Of a stretch of DNA of 64,000 nt, positions 21,463 through 30,841 are shown one piece after another. Position 1 is the stretch's first letter. Each line of letters starts with the position of its first letter. A program made the translations under genes and the position numbers. A model generated the notes under the pieces. The model searched no databases and was not told where the DNA came from. It saw nothing but the letters and a program-made list of their open reading frames with translations. The DNA is taken from the IMG/VR virus record IMGVR_UViG_3300009093_000034, positions 62,001-126,000 of that record. The stretch is one strand, 5' to 3'.

Positions 21463-22674
21463 ATGCCAAACACAGACAAAAATCACTCCACTCACATTGA
21501 AGACTCTGTCCTACAAGGTCCGAAGAAGATCCAAATGGCGATCCTCTTCTTTGAAGGTCTTCTCAACAACTCGTCTAGTCTAACCAAGAGTCTCAAGATC
21601 GACGGAGCTCCCGTTGTCTTGGCAGGTTCCAACGCTGTTGGGATCACCAGGCCTTTTGTTGCAGCCAAGTCCTTCTTGAACAACGGTAAGGTCGCGACCA
21701 ACGAGGATGAGATCCAAGAGCTCTTTGGAGATCGTCCTGGTCTTGCTTCCAAGATGAAGAAGCTTCTTGAGCTCCTTCCAGAACTTCAGATCCCTGAAGG
21801 AGAGATTTGGAGAGGAGACTTGCTCTTCTCTAAAGACACTCTTCAAAACGAAGGTGGAAACAACTACTTCCACCCTAACACTCTTGTTTATGCTCCAAAC
21901 TCCCAATCTGAGATTGATGCTGTCAATCAAGCAGACATCGGAATCATCTGGCACACCTACTACACAGGGGAGACACTTACGTCTCTCACAGCTCATGCCG
22001 ATCTCGATGTCTACCGATTGAAACCTTCTACATCTGTTTTTACTCTGAGTCCTCTCTTCAAACAAGAAGAGCTCTCCATTGAGGAAACCTTCTTGATCAA
22101 GAGTACATTGGCAACAGTCAAGGAAAGATTCAGAGGTCTGATGGCTGGTTCTGTTGGAGCTACGTACGCCGAAGTTCTTAAGAACAAGGTGTTTCTTGAA
22201 CACCTCACAACCTACCTCAATCACTTGATCAGACAAGGAAAAGGAATCTACCAGTTCTCTCCTACGGATCTTGCTTACAGCTGGATCCCTCAACGATATG
22301 AGCAAAAGATCGAAGGTCTTAAGACTGAGAAGTTCAAGACCAAGTGGAAGAACGAACGAGACTCCTACATCGATGCTGCTAGGTTCATTGAACCTGTCCT
22401 TGGTCAGATGATCTCCTTGATGAAAGCCCTTGTTCACGTCAAGGCTTTGTTCATCCAAAACTTCAACTCTTTGAAAGATCTTCCTTTCATGACCTTCTAC
22501 AAAAAGAAGATCGATGATCGGGCTGTGTTGGTCAAGACTGCTCATGAAGGCTTTGTCATCACGGACAAGAAAGGAAACTCTTTTAAGCTTGTTGACCGAG
22601 AAGAGTTCACGAAGATCAACTTTGGAGTTGATACTGTTCGCGGATGGAAGGAAGAGTCGAAACAAGTCCAATGA
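21463..22674 (+). CDS. DUF6267-like (RNA-ligase-like) phage protein
   Basis: NHSTHIED...KIDGAPVVLAG...WRGDLLF...HPNTLVY...HEGFV...KLVDREEF. Confidence 0.7.
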   Translation: MPNTDKNHSTHIEDSVLQGPKKIQMAILFFEGLLNNSSSLTKSLKIDGAPVVLAGSNAVGITRPFVAAKSFLNNGKVATNEDEIQELFGDRPGLASKMKKLLELLPELQIPEGEIWRGDLLFSKDTLQNEGGNNYFHPNTLVYAPNSQSEIDAVNQADIGIIWHTYYTGETLTSLTAHADLDVYRLKPSTSVFTLSPLFKQEELSIEETFLIKSTLATVKERFRGLMAGSVGATYAEVLKNKVFLEHLTTYLNHLIRQGKGIYQFSPTDLAYSWIPQRYEQKIEGLKTEKFKTKWKNERDSYIDAARFIEPVLGQMISLMKALVHVKALFIQNFNSLKDLPFMTFYKKKIDDRAVLVKTAHEGFVITDKKGNSFKLVDREEFTKINFGVDTVRGWKEESKQVQ

Positions 22675-22684
22675 CTAATTGGGC

Positions 22685-24871
22685 ATGAGCACTAACAGCC
22701 TCCAGTTCTTAGGACCATGGGATCCCACCTCTGGTGCCTTTCCAATCATTCCCAGCAACGCAACGAGTGCTTACTACTTCGTTGACCATGCTGGTACTTT
22801 TAACTCTTTCAACTTTGAAGTAGGAGATTGGCTTCTCTTCATAGAAGATTCTGTTGGAAACGGAACGTGGTACCAAACAACTGGTGGTGTCATCCAGATC
22901 GCTCTAAGTCATAGCGATTTCCATGGACACTCTTACACTCACGGACCTGTTGATCCTGTAGGCCAAACCATAGGCGGAGTTGTTCTTCCTAACCTACAAG
23001 TTGAGATCAAGCAAGCTCTTGGAACCTTGTTCCAAAATCCTTCTGGAAACCCAGTTGTTTTCACGTATGATCCTGTAGCTAACACAGTTGTTGCTACGGT
23101 CAAACACGATGACACTCTAGATATAACAAATGCAGGACAACTTAGAGTTGTTTCTTCTGGCGGTTCTTCTCAACCTAGTGAGATCACACCTGACGACATC
23201 GTTGGTTTTGATGCAGCTGTCATTGCTGCTGTCGGTGCCAACCAATTTGCTTCTCCCTCCTCTAAAGCAGTTCAGTTCGCTTTTGACCCAAATACTAGTT
23301 CGGTCTCTGCTGATGTCAAGATCGACGGCAGCTCAATCACCAAGAACAATCTTGGACAACTCCAGTCTAATCCTGTAGGAGCTCAACTTGCTGCTCCTCA
23401 ACAGATCATAGGCCTTCCAACCTCTGGAAATTATGACGATGGAGCCGAGAACTTGGCTAACATGAAGATCGTCGATGCTGTTGCTACATTGAACAGATTG
23501 ATCAAAGTCATGGAAGCTGCACTAGATGTTGCTGAAGCTGCTCCTTCTTTGAACCTTGGGGACTACACCTTAACCTTTGCAGGAACCACAGTTACCGCTA
23601 AAGCAGTTTCTGATGGAACTGACATTCAAGTTTACACGATAGCTCCTACTGTTCCTCAAGTTGGTCCATTCAAGAGAGTCAATGGAAACCTCAATGTTTT
23701 CTTAGACAGTACTCTTGTAGGAACTCTTGTTATTGACACAGCTGACTTAACCGGTCAAGTCAATGGGGACTTGACCGTTGTCCATGACACTGACCTTTAC
23801 GAAGACATTCCTTTCTTCTTCGGAAGATACAAGGTCTTGGATGCTTTGGTCACCATCCTAGATTCCTTAACTGAAGGGACTCACGAGATCATCCTTCAGA
23901 GTACCGGAGATAACCAGTCTGTTTCGAACGTCTTCAATTTTGCTGATACAAACGTTACAGGTTCCATTGATGAAGAGAGTTCAACTATCATCACCTTCGG
24001 TGCTGGTGAACATCTCTCCGGAGTTCCAGTTCTTTCTACTCCAAACGTTTTGGTCGGGCCTCTTTTCGTAGATAACGTAGCTAAGCAGTTCTATCAAGGA
24101 ACAGACATTGTTGAGCTGGCAAGCCCATCACTTCACTTTGACGTAGCTACTCCTACTTCTGAACCTACAGAGGATAACTTCACCGTTCTTGAGACCAACT
24201 CTTTGAGTGGAACTCTTCCTGGTTCCTTCTTCAGTTCTGTCTCTTTGGACTTCACGATCTTTACAATAGGACACAAGAATGTAGGAACTCAGAATGTCAC
24301 CATTCCTAAGAGATGGGACGCTTCTATTGTTCTTGAAACTTCAGGAAATCCAATAGCAAGAATTGATTCAGGAAGCGGAGATTTTGATTTCACTGGTTCA
24401 GACTATGATTCTACAGTAAGTCTTGTGGACAACACAGAACTTCAGATTGAGAACAGAAAGATCAAGTTCCCTACTCAAGACTATACCACTTTGAGTGGAC
24501 CAGATTACTCTGGTATCGTCCAAGGTTCTGCTTTTAGATATTGTACCTTGGTAGAAACTTCAGGGGTCACTAGTGCTACAGGTTTTGACTTGGATCTCAG
24601 AGGACTCACCACCATCAATGGATCTAATCCTCTCAAGGTTCTCATCAAGGTTGGTTCCAACCCAGTTGTAGATGCTACACTTCCGTACAACTCAGGAAAC
24701 ACTTGGCAAGATGGAGTTCCTGGTTGGGACCAAACTGCCACAGGACTTCCTGCTAATGTTAGAAGAATCACCTTCGGTTCTCACACCTTGACCGGTCCTC
24801 TTTACATCAAGGTCGCATACAAGGGAGCAGATTACGAGTTAACTGTTCCTACTTCTTGGATCTTTATCTAA
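22685..24871 (+). CDS. putative virion structural / tail-associated protein
   Basis: N-terminal FLGPWDP...YYFV..AGT...GDWL fibre-anchor-like motif; Thr/Ser/Val/Asp-rich; ATG 4 nt after ACTAATT. Confidence 0.6.
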   Translation: MSTNSLQFLGPWDPTSGAFPIIPSNATSAYYFVDHAGTFNSFNFEVGDWLLFIEDSVGNGTWYQTTGGVIQIALSHSDFHGHSYTHGPVDPVGQTIGGVVLPNLQVEIKQALGTLFQNPSGNPVVFTYDPVANTVVATVKHDDTLDITNAGQLRVVSSGGSSQPSEITPDDIVGFDAAVIAAVGANQFASPSSKAVQFAFDPNTSSVSADVKIDGSSITKNNLGQLQSNPVGAQLAAPQQIIGLPTSGNYDDGAENLANMKIVDAVATLNRLIKVMEAALDVAEAAPSLNLGDYTLTFAGTTVTAKAVSDGTDIQVYTIAPTVPQVGPFKRVNGNLNVFLDSTLVGTLVIDTADLTGQVNGDLTVVHDTDLYEDIPFFFGRYKVLDALVTILDSLTEGTHEIILQSTGDNQSVSNVFNFADTNVTGSIDEESSTIITFGAGEHLSGVPVLSTPNVLVGPLFVDNVAKQFYQGTDIVELASPSLHFDVATPTSEPTEDNFTVLETNSLSGTLPGSFFSSVSLDFTIFTIGHKNVGTQNVTIPKRWDASIVLETSGNPIARIDSGSGDFDFTGSDYDSTVSLVDNTELQIENRKIKFPTQDYTTLSGPDYSGIVQGSAFRYCTLVETSGVTSATGFDLDLRGLTTINGSNPLKVLIKVGSNPVVDATLPYNSGNTWQDGVPGWDQTATGLPANVRRITFGSHTLTGPLYIKVAYKGADYELTVPTSWIFI

Positions 24872-24918
24872 CAATTGTAAAATCTTTTGAGATATTGTAG
24901 ATATCTCAGGAGAGTATC

Positions 24919-25119
24919 ATGATTCAGACCCTAGCTGGCATCTGGCTGTTTGGTTGGATGCTTGCAGTTGCTACGGTTCTTCTAGACTACCCTAAGAAGG
25001 GAGCTCTGAAAGGCTGGCAGGAAACAGTCTCCATCCTTCTCTACTGTCTGGTTTTGATCCTTCTTTGGCCTCGTCGTGTTTACTGGCTTGGCAAGCAGAT
25101 CTTGAAAGGTAACCCCTAA
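24919..25119 (+). CDS. small membrane protein
   Basis: Two TM segments; RBS AGGAG; TGAGATATT promoter upstream. Confidence 0.6.
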   Translation: MIQTLAGIWLFGWMLAVATVLLDYPKKGALKGWQETVSILLYCLVLILLWPRRVYWLGKQILKGNP

Positions 25120-25120
25120 A

Positions 25121-26218
25121 ATGCAGAACCTTCTCGTCCTCAAGTTCATTCAGGAACATCCCAACGATTGGGAGCAGATCCTCTCTGCTGAGCCTTACCA
25201 CATGTCAGTCAAGCACTACGATGGTAAGGAACTCATCAACCAGAACTTGGTGATGCTCTCCTACAACCAGATCTTCTCCGACTTCCACAACCCGATCGTT
25301 CGTGAGTGCCGAGGTATCATCATCGACAAGGTCACCATGAAGGCTGTCTGTGTTCCGTTCTTCAAGTTCGGAAACCAGGGAGAGAGCTATGCTGACAAGA
25401 TCGATTGGTCCACAGCTCATGTTCTCCAGAAGATCGATGGTTCTCTGATCAAGCTCTATTTCTACAATGGAACCTGGCGAATCGCCACCAATGGAACCAT
25501 CAACGCTCTCGAGTGTGATCTTCCTTCGGACCTTGGTCCTTCGAAGACCTTCGGTGAGTTGTTCTTGAACAACATCCCTGTGGACAGCTTCCTCGACATC
25601 GCCGACAAAGACTACACTTACATGTTTGAGATCTGCTCTCCTTGGAACCGGGTGGTAACTCCCTGGCAGACCACCGAGATCTTCTTCTTGGGCATGCGTC
25701 ACAACGAGACCCTTCAGGAAACTCTTCCTGATGACCGGTTCATGCCGATCCTTCCTCCGAAGATGTATCCTCTGACCTCTTTGGCTGAGGTCGAAGCTGC
25801 TTCCAAAGAGCTTCCCTTCCAGGATGAAGGTTATGTCGTCGTTGACGCTGACTTCAAGCGTGTCAAGATCAAGGGTCCGGCTTACGTCAAGATCCACCAT
25901 CTCCGTTCTGAAGGGCCCTTCACCATGAAGCGTGCCTTCGAGTTGGTTCAGGCCAATGAAGTTGGTGAGTTTCTTTCGTACTATCCCGAGTATACTAACG
26001 TTGTAGAAGGTGTTCGTTCCAAATTGGACGTCATCAAGGAAGCTCTGAAGGAACAGGAAACTCTTGTTTTCTCCCAGAACTTCCTTAGCCGAAAGGACTA
26101 CGCTCTCTTTGTCAAGGACTTCCAGTACAAGTCTTACTTCTTCTCGAAGTTGGATGGCAAGGTGTCTGGCATCGACGAGTACGTTTCTAAACTCAAGTTC
26201 GATCAGGTTCAACTGTGA
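25121..26218 (+). CDS. T4 Rnl1-like RNA ligase
   Basis: RECRGIII...PFFKFGN...motif I KIDGSLI...TYMFE...EGYVV...VKIKGPAY. Confidence 0.88.
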   Translation: MQNLLVLKFIQEHPNDWEQILSAEPYHMSVKHYDGKELINQNLVMLSYNQIFSDFHNPIVRECRGIIIDKVTMKAVCVPFFKFGNQGESYADKIDWSTAHVLQKIDGSLIKLYFYNGTWRIATNGTINALECDLPSDLGPSKTFGELFLNNIPVDSFLDIADKDYTYMFEICSPWNRVVTPWQTTEIFFLGMRHNETLQETLPDDRFMPILPPKMYPLTSLAEVEAASKELPFQDEGYVVVDADFKRVKIKGPAYVKIHHLRSEGPFTMKRAFELVQANEVGEFLSYYPEYTNVVEGVRSKLDVIKEALKEQETLVFSQNFLSRKDYALFVKDFQYKSYFFSKLDGKVSGIDEYVSKLKFDQVQL

Positions 26219-27184
26219 AAAAAGAAAAGCCTTTATATCGAATCCTAGAAAAACACAGTAAGTTCTACCCTCAATGGCGAGGGTGGTTTTTCTGGAATTA
26301 TTTTGAAGCAGATCCTGACACCGGAGAAGTTAAAGTTTGGAAAGAAACTTTAACTGCTGCCAAGCAGTACATCAAGTTCCACATTCAAGCTGTAAAAGAA
26401 GTTGAAGAAATGTGGAACCCTAAGATCGTGATCCATAGTTTTGAATAGGAGTACATCATAAGAGTATGAACAAAATTTTCACAAATGCAAACGTCTCAGC
26501 AATGGCCTCGGGCTTATCCTTAGTGGAAAATCCTGAGGCTATTTCTATTGTGGTCCAAAAGGATCCGTCATCTTTTCATCGATCTTCTGAGTTCTTGGAG
26601 TTTACCAAGAAAGCCTTTCAGATGATGGTTGACTCTGAAGTCCCAGTCCTTTCCTCTGTTGAGGTTAGTGAGTTTCCGGTTGAGGGAAATAATGGAGACT
26701 GGTTTCTCTGGTGGCACAAGACCCGCCAGCCTATCGTCTGTCTTAGTCCTACCTTCTACATCACCAAGAGAGTCTCAAGGTCCAACAAGCACATTCGTTG
26801 GGATCGCGCTGCCCACAATGCCTTCAGTGGCATCAATGGTTACGCTCCTAGCATCAGAGCTGTTTGGTACGAGTTCGATGTTGATGGAAAGTTGGTCAAG
26901 TCTTTCAAGGATCTTGTCAAGGATGAAGCAGCAGACTTCCAAAGAGGAACTCTTCTTCTTAGAGGAAAGCTAAAGTGATCACCACAATCTCTTTCCTTTG
27001 GCTGATGGGATTCCTTGGTTGTCTAGTTCATTTCACTTTGGAAAAGATCAAGTTCGTTAGGTTCGACGAGTTTGGATGGGAGTGGTTTCACTCTGCTCAC
27101 TGGCTAGTTTGTTCTGTTGTCTTGTTCTTTATCTGGCCAGCTTATGGCTTGATCCCAAAGTTTCGTCTCATCAGTAAAATGTAA
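26215..27184 (+). CDS. three hypothetical proteins (26215-26448, 26466-26978, 26975-27184 membrane)
   Basis: ORF track. Confidence 0.55.
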
Positions 27185-27189
27185 ATAAA

Positions 27190-27381
27190 GGGAACTCTGT
27201 TTCAGCGTAACAACCGAAGTTAGCGCCGACAAAATGAGATGATGCGAAAGGCCTTGGGGAGCACAAGGTACCAACGAGTAGCTACCATCTCACGTACTGT
27301 CTCTCATGCCCCTGAGAGAACTTCCGTTTTAAGAAGCGACCACGAATTGCTTCCCAGGTTGCGGAAGAACAAATAGTTCCC
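27190..27381 (+). ncRNA. candidate structured RNA of ~190 nt
   Basis: Closed by GGGAACT/AGTTCCC; internal helices TGAGATG/CATCTCA, CCTTG/CAAGG, CTCTCA/TGAGAG, CTTCCG/CGGAAG; no ORF. Confidence 0.5.
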
Positions 27382-27382
27382 G

Positions 27383-27456
27383 AGCAAAGTAGTGTAACGG
27401 TTTCGCACGACCAGTGTCTACTGGTTAGTTCTAGGATCATCCCCTAGACTTTGCTA
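27383..27456 (+). tRNA. degenerate tRNA-like element (Asp-like GTC in a 6-nt loop, non-canonical T loop)
   Basis: Acceptor AGCAAAG/CTTTGCT, D arm TAGTGTAACGG..GCAC, stem ACCAG/CTGGT, T stem CTAGG/CCTAG. Confidence 0.5.
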
Positions 27457-27550
27457 TTGCTCTTGAATTCCACGTAAAGGAGGTTAACCATTCACATGAA
27501 TTCCAAGGACAACTTTCACACTTCACACATCATAAGGTCTTCTCACGAAA

Positions 27551-28225
27551 ATGAAAACTATCGAAAGCAGTCCGCTCAACGACCGAGACTTGATCTACGA
27601 GATCAAGAACAACCAGGAAACATCTAGTAAAAACAGGTGGATCCTTTTCAAACGCTATGAGAATCTGATACATAAGCACTGGCATGGACTTAGAAATACT
27701 CTAGACAACTCTAGGTATGTCCAAGACGTCAAAGACGACTTTTACAGTGATGCCTTCATCACCTTCTGTAGCGCGTTGGATGCTATCAATCTCGACAAGG
27801 TTCGAGACAACAAGTGGAAGTTCCTAGGGTACTTTGGCTGGTACCTTTCAAATCAAAGGAACTCTTCAGCCAGACGAATCATCAAGAAGCACCAGAAAGA
27901 AACTGCGATTGAGATTGCAGTTGAGAACCCAAGATCTTCTAGACCAAAGAACATCTATATCACAGATAGTTTCGATCATCTGTCTTCTCTTTCTACAGAG
28001 GAAGAAGTGATCAAGAACGATGAGTCACAGAGATTTTGGACGGCTTTGAACAGGTGCAAGACCAAGATTTGGTCTTCAGTAGAATCTGAGATCTTCGATC
28101 GAAGAGAGAAAGGAGAATCGATCGGAACCATCGGACAGTCGATGAAGTTGTCAACTCCCATCATTAGAAAAACGTTATCTTCCATGCTATCAACTCTTAA
28201 GGTGGAAGCAGAGAAATCATTCTAA
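27551..28225 (+). CDS. sigma70-like phage RNA polymerase sigma factor
   Basis: Region-2-like helices (LFKRYENLIHKHW...DFYSDAFITF..A...KFLGYFGWYL) and C-terminal HTH (RREKGESIGTIGQSMKLS). Confidence 0.65.
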   Translation: MKTIESSPLNDRDLIYEIKNNQETSSKNRWILFKRYENLIHKHWHGLRNTLDNSRYVQDVKDDFYSDAFITFCSALDAINLDKVRDNKWKFLGYFGWYLSNQRNSSARRIIKKHQKETAIEIAVENPRSSRPKNIYITDSFDHLSSLSTEEEVIKNDESQRFWTALNRCKTKIWSSVESEIFDRREKGESIGTIGQSMKLSTPIIRKTLSSMLSTLKVEAEKSF

Positions 28226-28269
28226 CCAGAAACGATCTTGCGTTAAAGCAAGGGATCTGAGTCCCAAAG

Positions 28270-28296
28270 AAAAAGCCCTCTTTCGAGGGCTTTTTT
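28270..28296. terminator. bidirectional terminator between convergent genes
   Basis: A5-GCCCTC-TTTC-GAGGGC-T6. Confidence 0.85.
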
Positions 28297-28510
28297 ATTT
28301 TCTGATGATTTGAACTTGTTTACCATCAGGTTTTTCAATCAAGATCTTTGATCCTTTTTGTTCTTGTCTGATCAAGTATTGACAGTACTCAAGATCTTTT
28401 CTAAAGATCTCAGAGACAGCCAAGTTCACACTCTGATTTGATTCTTTAAGTCTTCTCATAAGACTTCGTGGCAAGGTCACGACAACCGTGACCCTATCAG
28501 GATCTTCCAT
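28295..28510 (-). CDS. small ribbon-helix-helix-like protein
   Basis: RVTVVVTLPRSLMRRLKE strand-helix pattern; RBS AGGAGAG. Confidence 0.45.
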   Translation of the reverse strand: MEDPDRVTVVVTLPRSLMRRLKESNQSVNLAVSEIFRKDLEYCQYLIRQEQKGSKILIEKPDGKQVQIIRK

Positions 28511-28521
28511 TGTTCTCTCCT

Positions 28522-30603
28522 TTATGCAAAAACCAACTCATCTTCAGGCTTGAGAGAGTAAGCGGGTTTGACTCCCTTGGTGGTCTTCACAGGATCAAAG
28601 GTGTTGAACGTGTAGGTTTTTCCTGTGGTTTCATCTAACACCTCGTAAAGAACTGGTAGGTCCAACTCTTTTCCTAGAGCGAAGACGTTGAAGGCAGTGA
28701 GACTGTGAAGGTCTGCTCCCATCTTTGGGTCTGTGTAAACTCCATACAAGGTTCTATCTCTACCAGCATTGTTCAAGCTTGTGTCGATAGCTGCAATTCT
28801 TGCTTGAAGAGAAGCGTAGTCAACCGTGGCCAACAGATAGTCTTCTGTGTTTGGAGACGTGATACATCTCTTAACCAGTTCAGCCAAGTCTCCGTGAGCA
28901 GGGATGTTTTGAAGGTTTGGGTTACTGCATCGGCCTCGGCCAGACTCAGTCAACATGACACCGTAGTTAGGATGCATTCTGAAACTGTTGTCTTCAGGAT
29001 GGTACTTGATGTACTGCTCCCAACCCTTTTCACTATCTTCTGAGCTTGAGATAAACGCCTTGAGGATTGTTTTCAACGATCTGAGCTCTTGAAGTTCTTC
29101 AGCTCCAGCTCTTCCTTTTTGCTTCCAACGTTCTAGACAAGCATCGTCCGTGATGTACAGACCAACCTTGGTTCTACCGAGCTCTTCCCAACCCATGGAC
29201 TCAAAAAGTCGACCTAGAGCATGAGTACTGTTGAAGTCAAAGTCTCTAGTGATGTTCCAAAGTCCAGCCAACTTGGCCTCTAGTCTTTCAACCTCACCAA
29301 GAATTCTTGCTCTTGAACTTTGAAGCTCCGTCTTATTGACGTAGACACCTCGGTACTCTATCTCAGCGAACACTCGGTAAGCTGGCATCATGATCTCGTT
29401 GTAGTAACGTTCCATAGACCATGAAGGATCTTTCTCGTTTGGATATCTTTCATCCAACTCTCTGAGTTGGGACAATTGAGCAAAGTACACTCTGAATGCC
29501 AGGATGGCGTCTTTTGTAGCATAAGGAAAACAAATGTGCTTTGGGATCAACGAGTAGTCTTCAACTCCAGTCTTCTCTTTGTAAAGGTCCAACTCTCTGT
29601 CATACCCTCCGAATGGGGTGTAGTAGTAAGTGGAAGGTTTAAGACCATTGTATCTCTGTTCATTGATGACGTGGCCGAGCTCGACAGTATCCCCGTAAAC
29701 ACAAGCAAAGGGAACTCCCTCTTGCCAAAGCCACTTAACGTCGAACTTGAGGTTAGCACCGATCTGTCTCTTCTTCTTGAGAAGTCTGTTCAGTGTTGGT
29801 TTATCAACTAGATGCCAAGGAACATAGTAACCAGTCTCTCCGTCAAATGAGAACGTAAAACAAACAATTTTGTTTCCAAAGAAACTAAGACTGTTGGTTT
29901 CCAAGTCCCAAGAGAGGAAGGGATATCGATCATCGTCTTCATATCTTTCACAGATCTCAATGAACTCTTCCGTAGTTTGAATATCAACTAGCTTCAGTTC
30001 AGGAATATCAGGAGGAGAGAGATCATAGTCTTGAGCCCAACTGAACTGATACTCAGCGAACCTTGTCTTGTACGTATCAACAGGAAACTCAGGATTTGAT
30101 GGGACATTGTTCTTCCTCATGACTGGAACAAAGATCTCAAGGAAGGAGTCTAGAGGAAAGACCCACGTGTTAGCATCTGGAGACCAAAAGTAAGTCTTAT
30201 TGAAAATGATGTCTCTAAAACAATCGATGGTGATGTCTGCACTTTTGTTGATAGCATAAAGAGCAGAACCTACTGCAAAGATAGCACGAGCACCTTCTGA
30301 GTACTTTTTCCAATTGGTTTGATTTGACCTATAAAACTTAGCCAAACCTCCAGTGATCTCCTCTTTTTTAACGTCTACGTTCAAACTATACAAAATCTTG
30401 AAGCTTCTAATTCCATTCTTGAGAACAAACTTCTCGATCCTCTTAAGTTTCACAGGGGAGTAAAGTTCATCCAATAGAATGACATAAAAAGGTTCGTCTG
30501 GTTGAATATGATCAAGTGCTAATGCATCATGAACCATGTCAGCAGCAAGAACTTTCTTTGTTGCAGATGTGTTAAGTCCACCAAAACTAAAACTAAAACT
30601 CAT
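28522..30603 (-). CDS. polA: family-A DNA polymerase, N-terminal fragment (3'-5' exonuclease plus motif A; motifs B and C absent)
   Basis: Exo I WDLETN, Exo II GANLKFD, Exo III YATKDA; TESGRGRCSNPNLQNIP; motif A VDYASLQARI; DLHSLTA then a ~45-aa tail and stop. Confidence 0.85.
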   Translation of the reverse strand: MSFSFSFGGLNTSATKKVLAADMVHDALALDHIQPDEPFYVILLDELYSPVKLKRIEKFVLKNGIRSFKILYSLNVDVKKEEITGGLAKFYRSNQTNWKKYSEGARAIFAVGSALYAINKSADITIDCFRDIIFNKTYFWSPDANTWVFPLDSFLEIFVPVMRKNNVPSNPEFPVDTYKTRFAEYQFSWAQDYDLSPPDIPELKLVDIQTTEEFIEICERYEDDDRYPFLSWDLETNSLSFFGNKIVCFTFSFDGETGYYVPWHLVDKPTLNRLLKKKRQIGANLKFDVKWLWQEGVPFACVYGDTVELGHVINEQRYNGLKPSTYYYTPFGGYDRELDLYKEKTGVEDYSLIPKHICFPYATKDAILAFRVYFAQLSQLRELDERYPNEKDPSWSMERYYNEIMMPAYRVFAEIEYRGVYVNKTELQSSRARILGEVERLEAKLAGLWNITRDFDFNSTHALGRLFESMGWEELGRTKVGLYITDDACLERWKQKGRAGAEELQELRSLKTILKAFISSSEDSEKGWEQYIKYHPEDNSFRMHPNYGVMLTESGRGRCSNPNLQNIPAHGDLAELVKRCITSPNTEDYLLATVDYASLQARIAAIDTSLNNAGRDRTLYGVYTDPKMGADLHSLTAFNVFALGKELDLPVLYEVLDETTGKTYTFNTFDPVKTTKGVKPAYSLKPEDELVFA

Positions 30604-30841
30604 TATTTTCCTTCTTTATCAAAAGTAATATATAGACTAATGTGCAAATTTACTCACCAATGCAAATAAGAAAAAGTTAATATGGATTCCTAGATTGTTC
30701 ATTTTGAACAGTGTGTAAAATGAGCAGCATATATAAGAATCTAACATAATAAGAATCTTAGTACTTAGGGTCAAACCCGGATCAACAAGAGGTTGATTGG
30801 AGTTCATGAAGTTTTTACTGGACCATGTTATACTTGTTTGT

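Noticed and set aside
21580-22671. Long antisense ORFs (also 122-598, 13449-14195, 25205-26212, 39503-39772 and many others)
   Set aside because: Shadows of well-supported genes on the opposite strand, produced by biased codon usage; no RBS or family motifs.
30604-30841. Replication origin in the AT-rich polA/groEL divergent gap (ATAAGAATCT x2)
   Set aside because: Only two short repeats; adequately explained by divergent promoters.
30797-30841. N-terminal extension of GroEL in the ORF track (TTG start)
   Set aside because: Homology starts at MAKE (30842); the extension looks non-coding.
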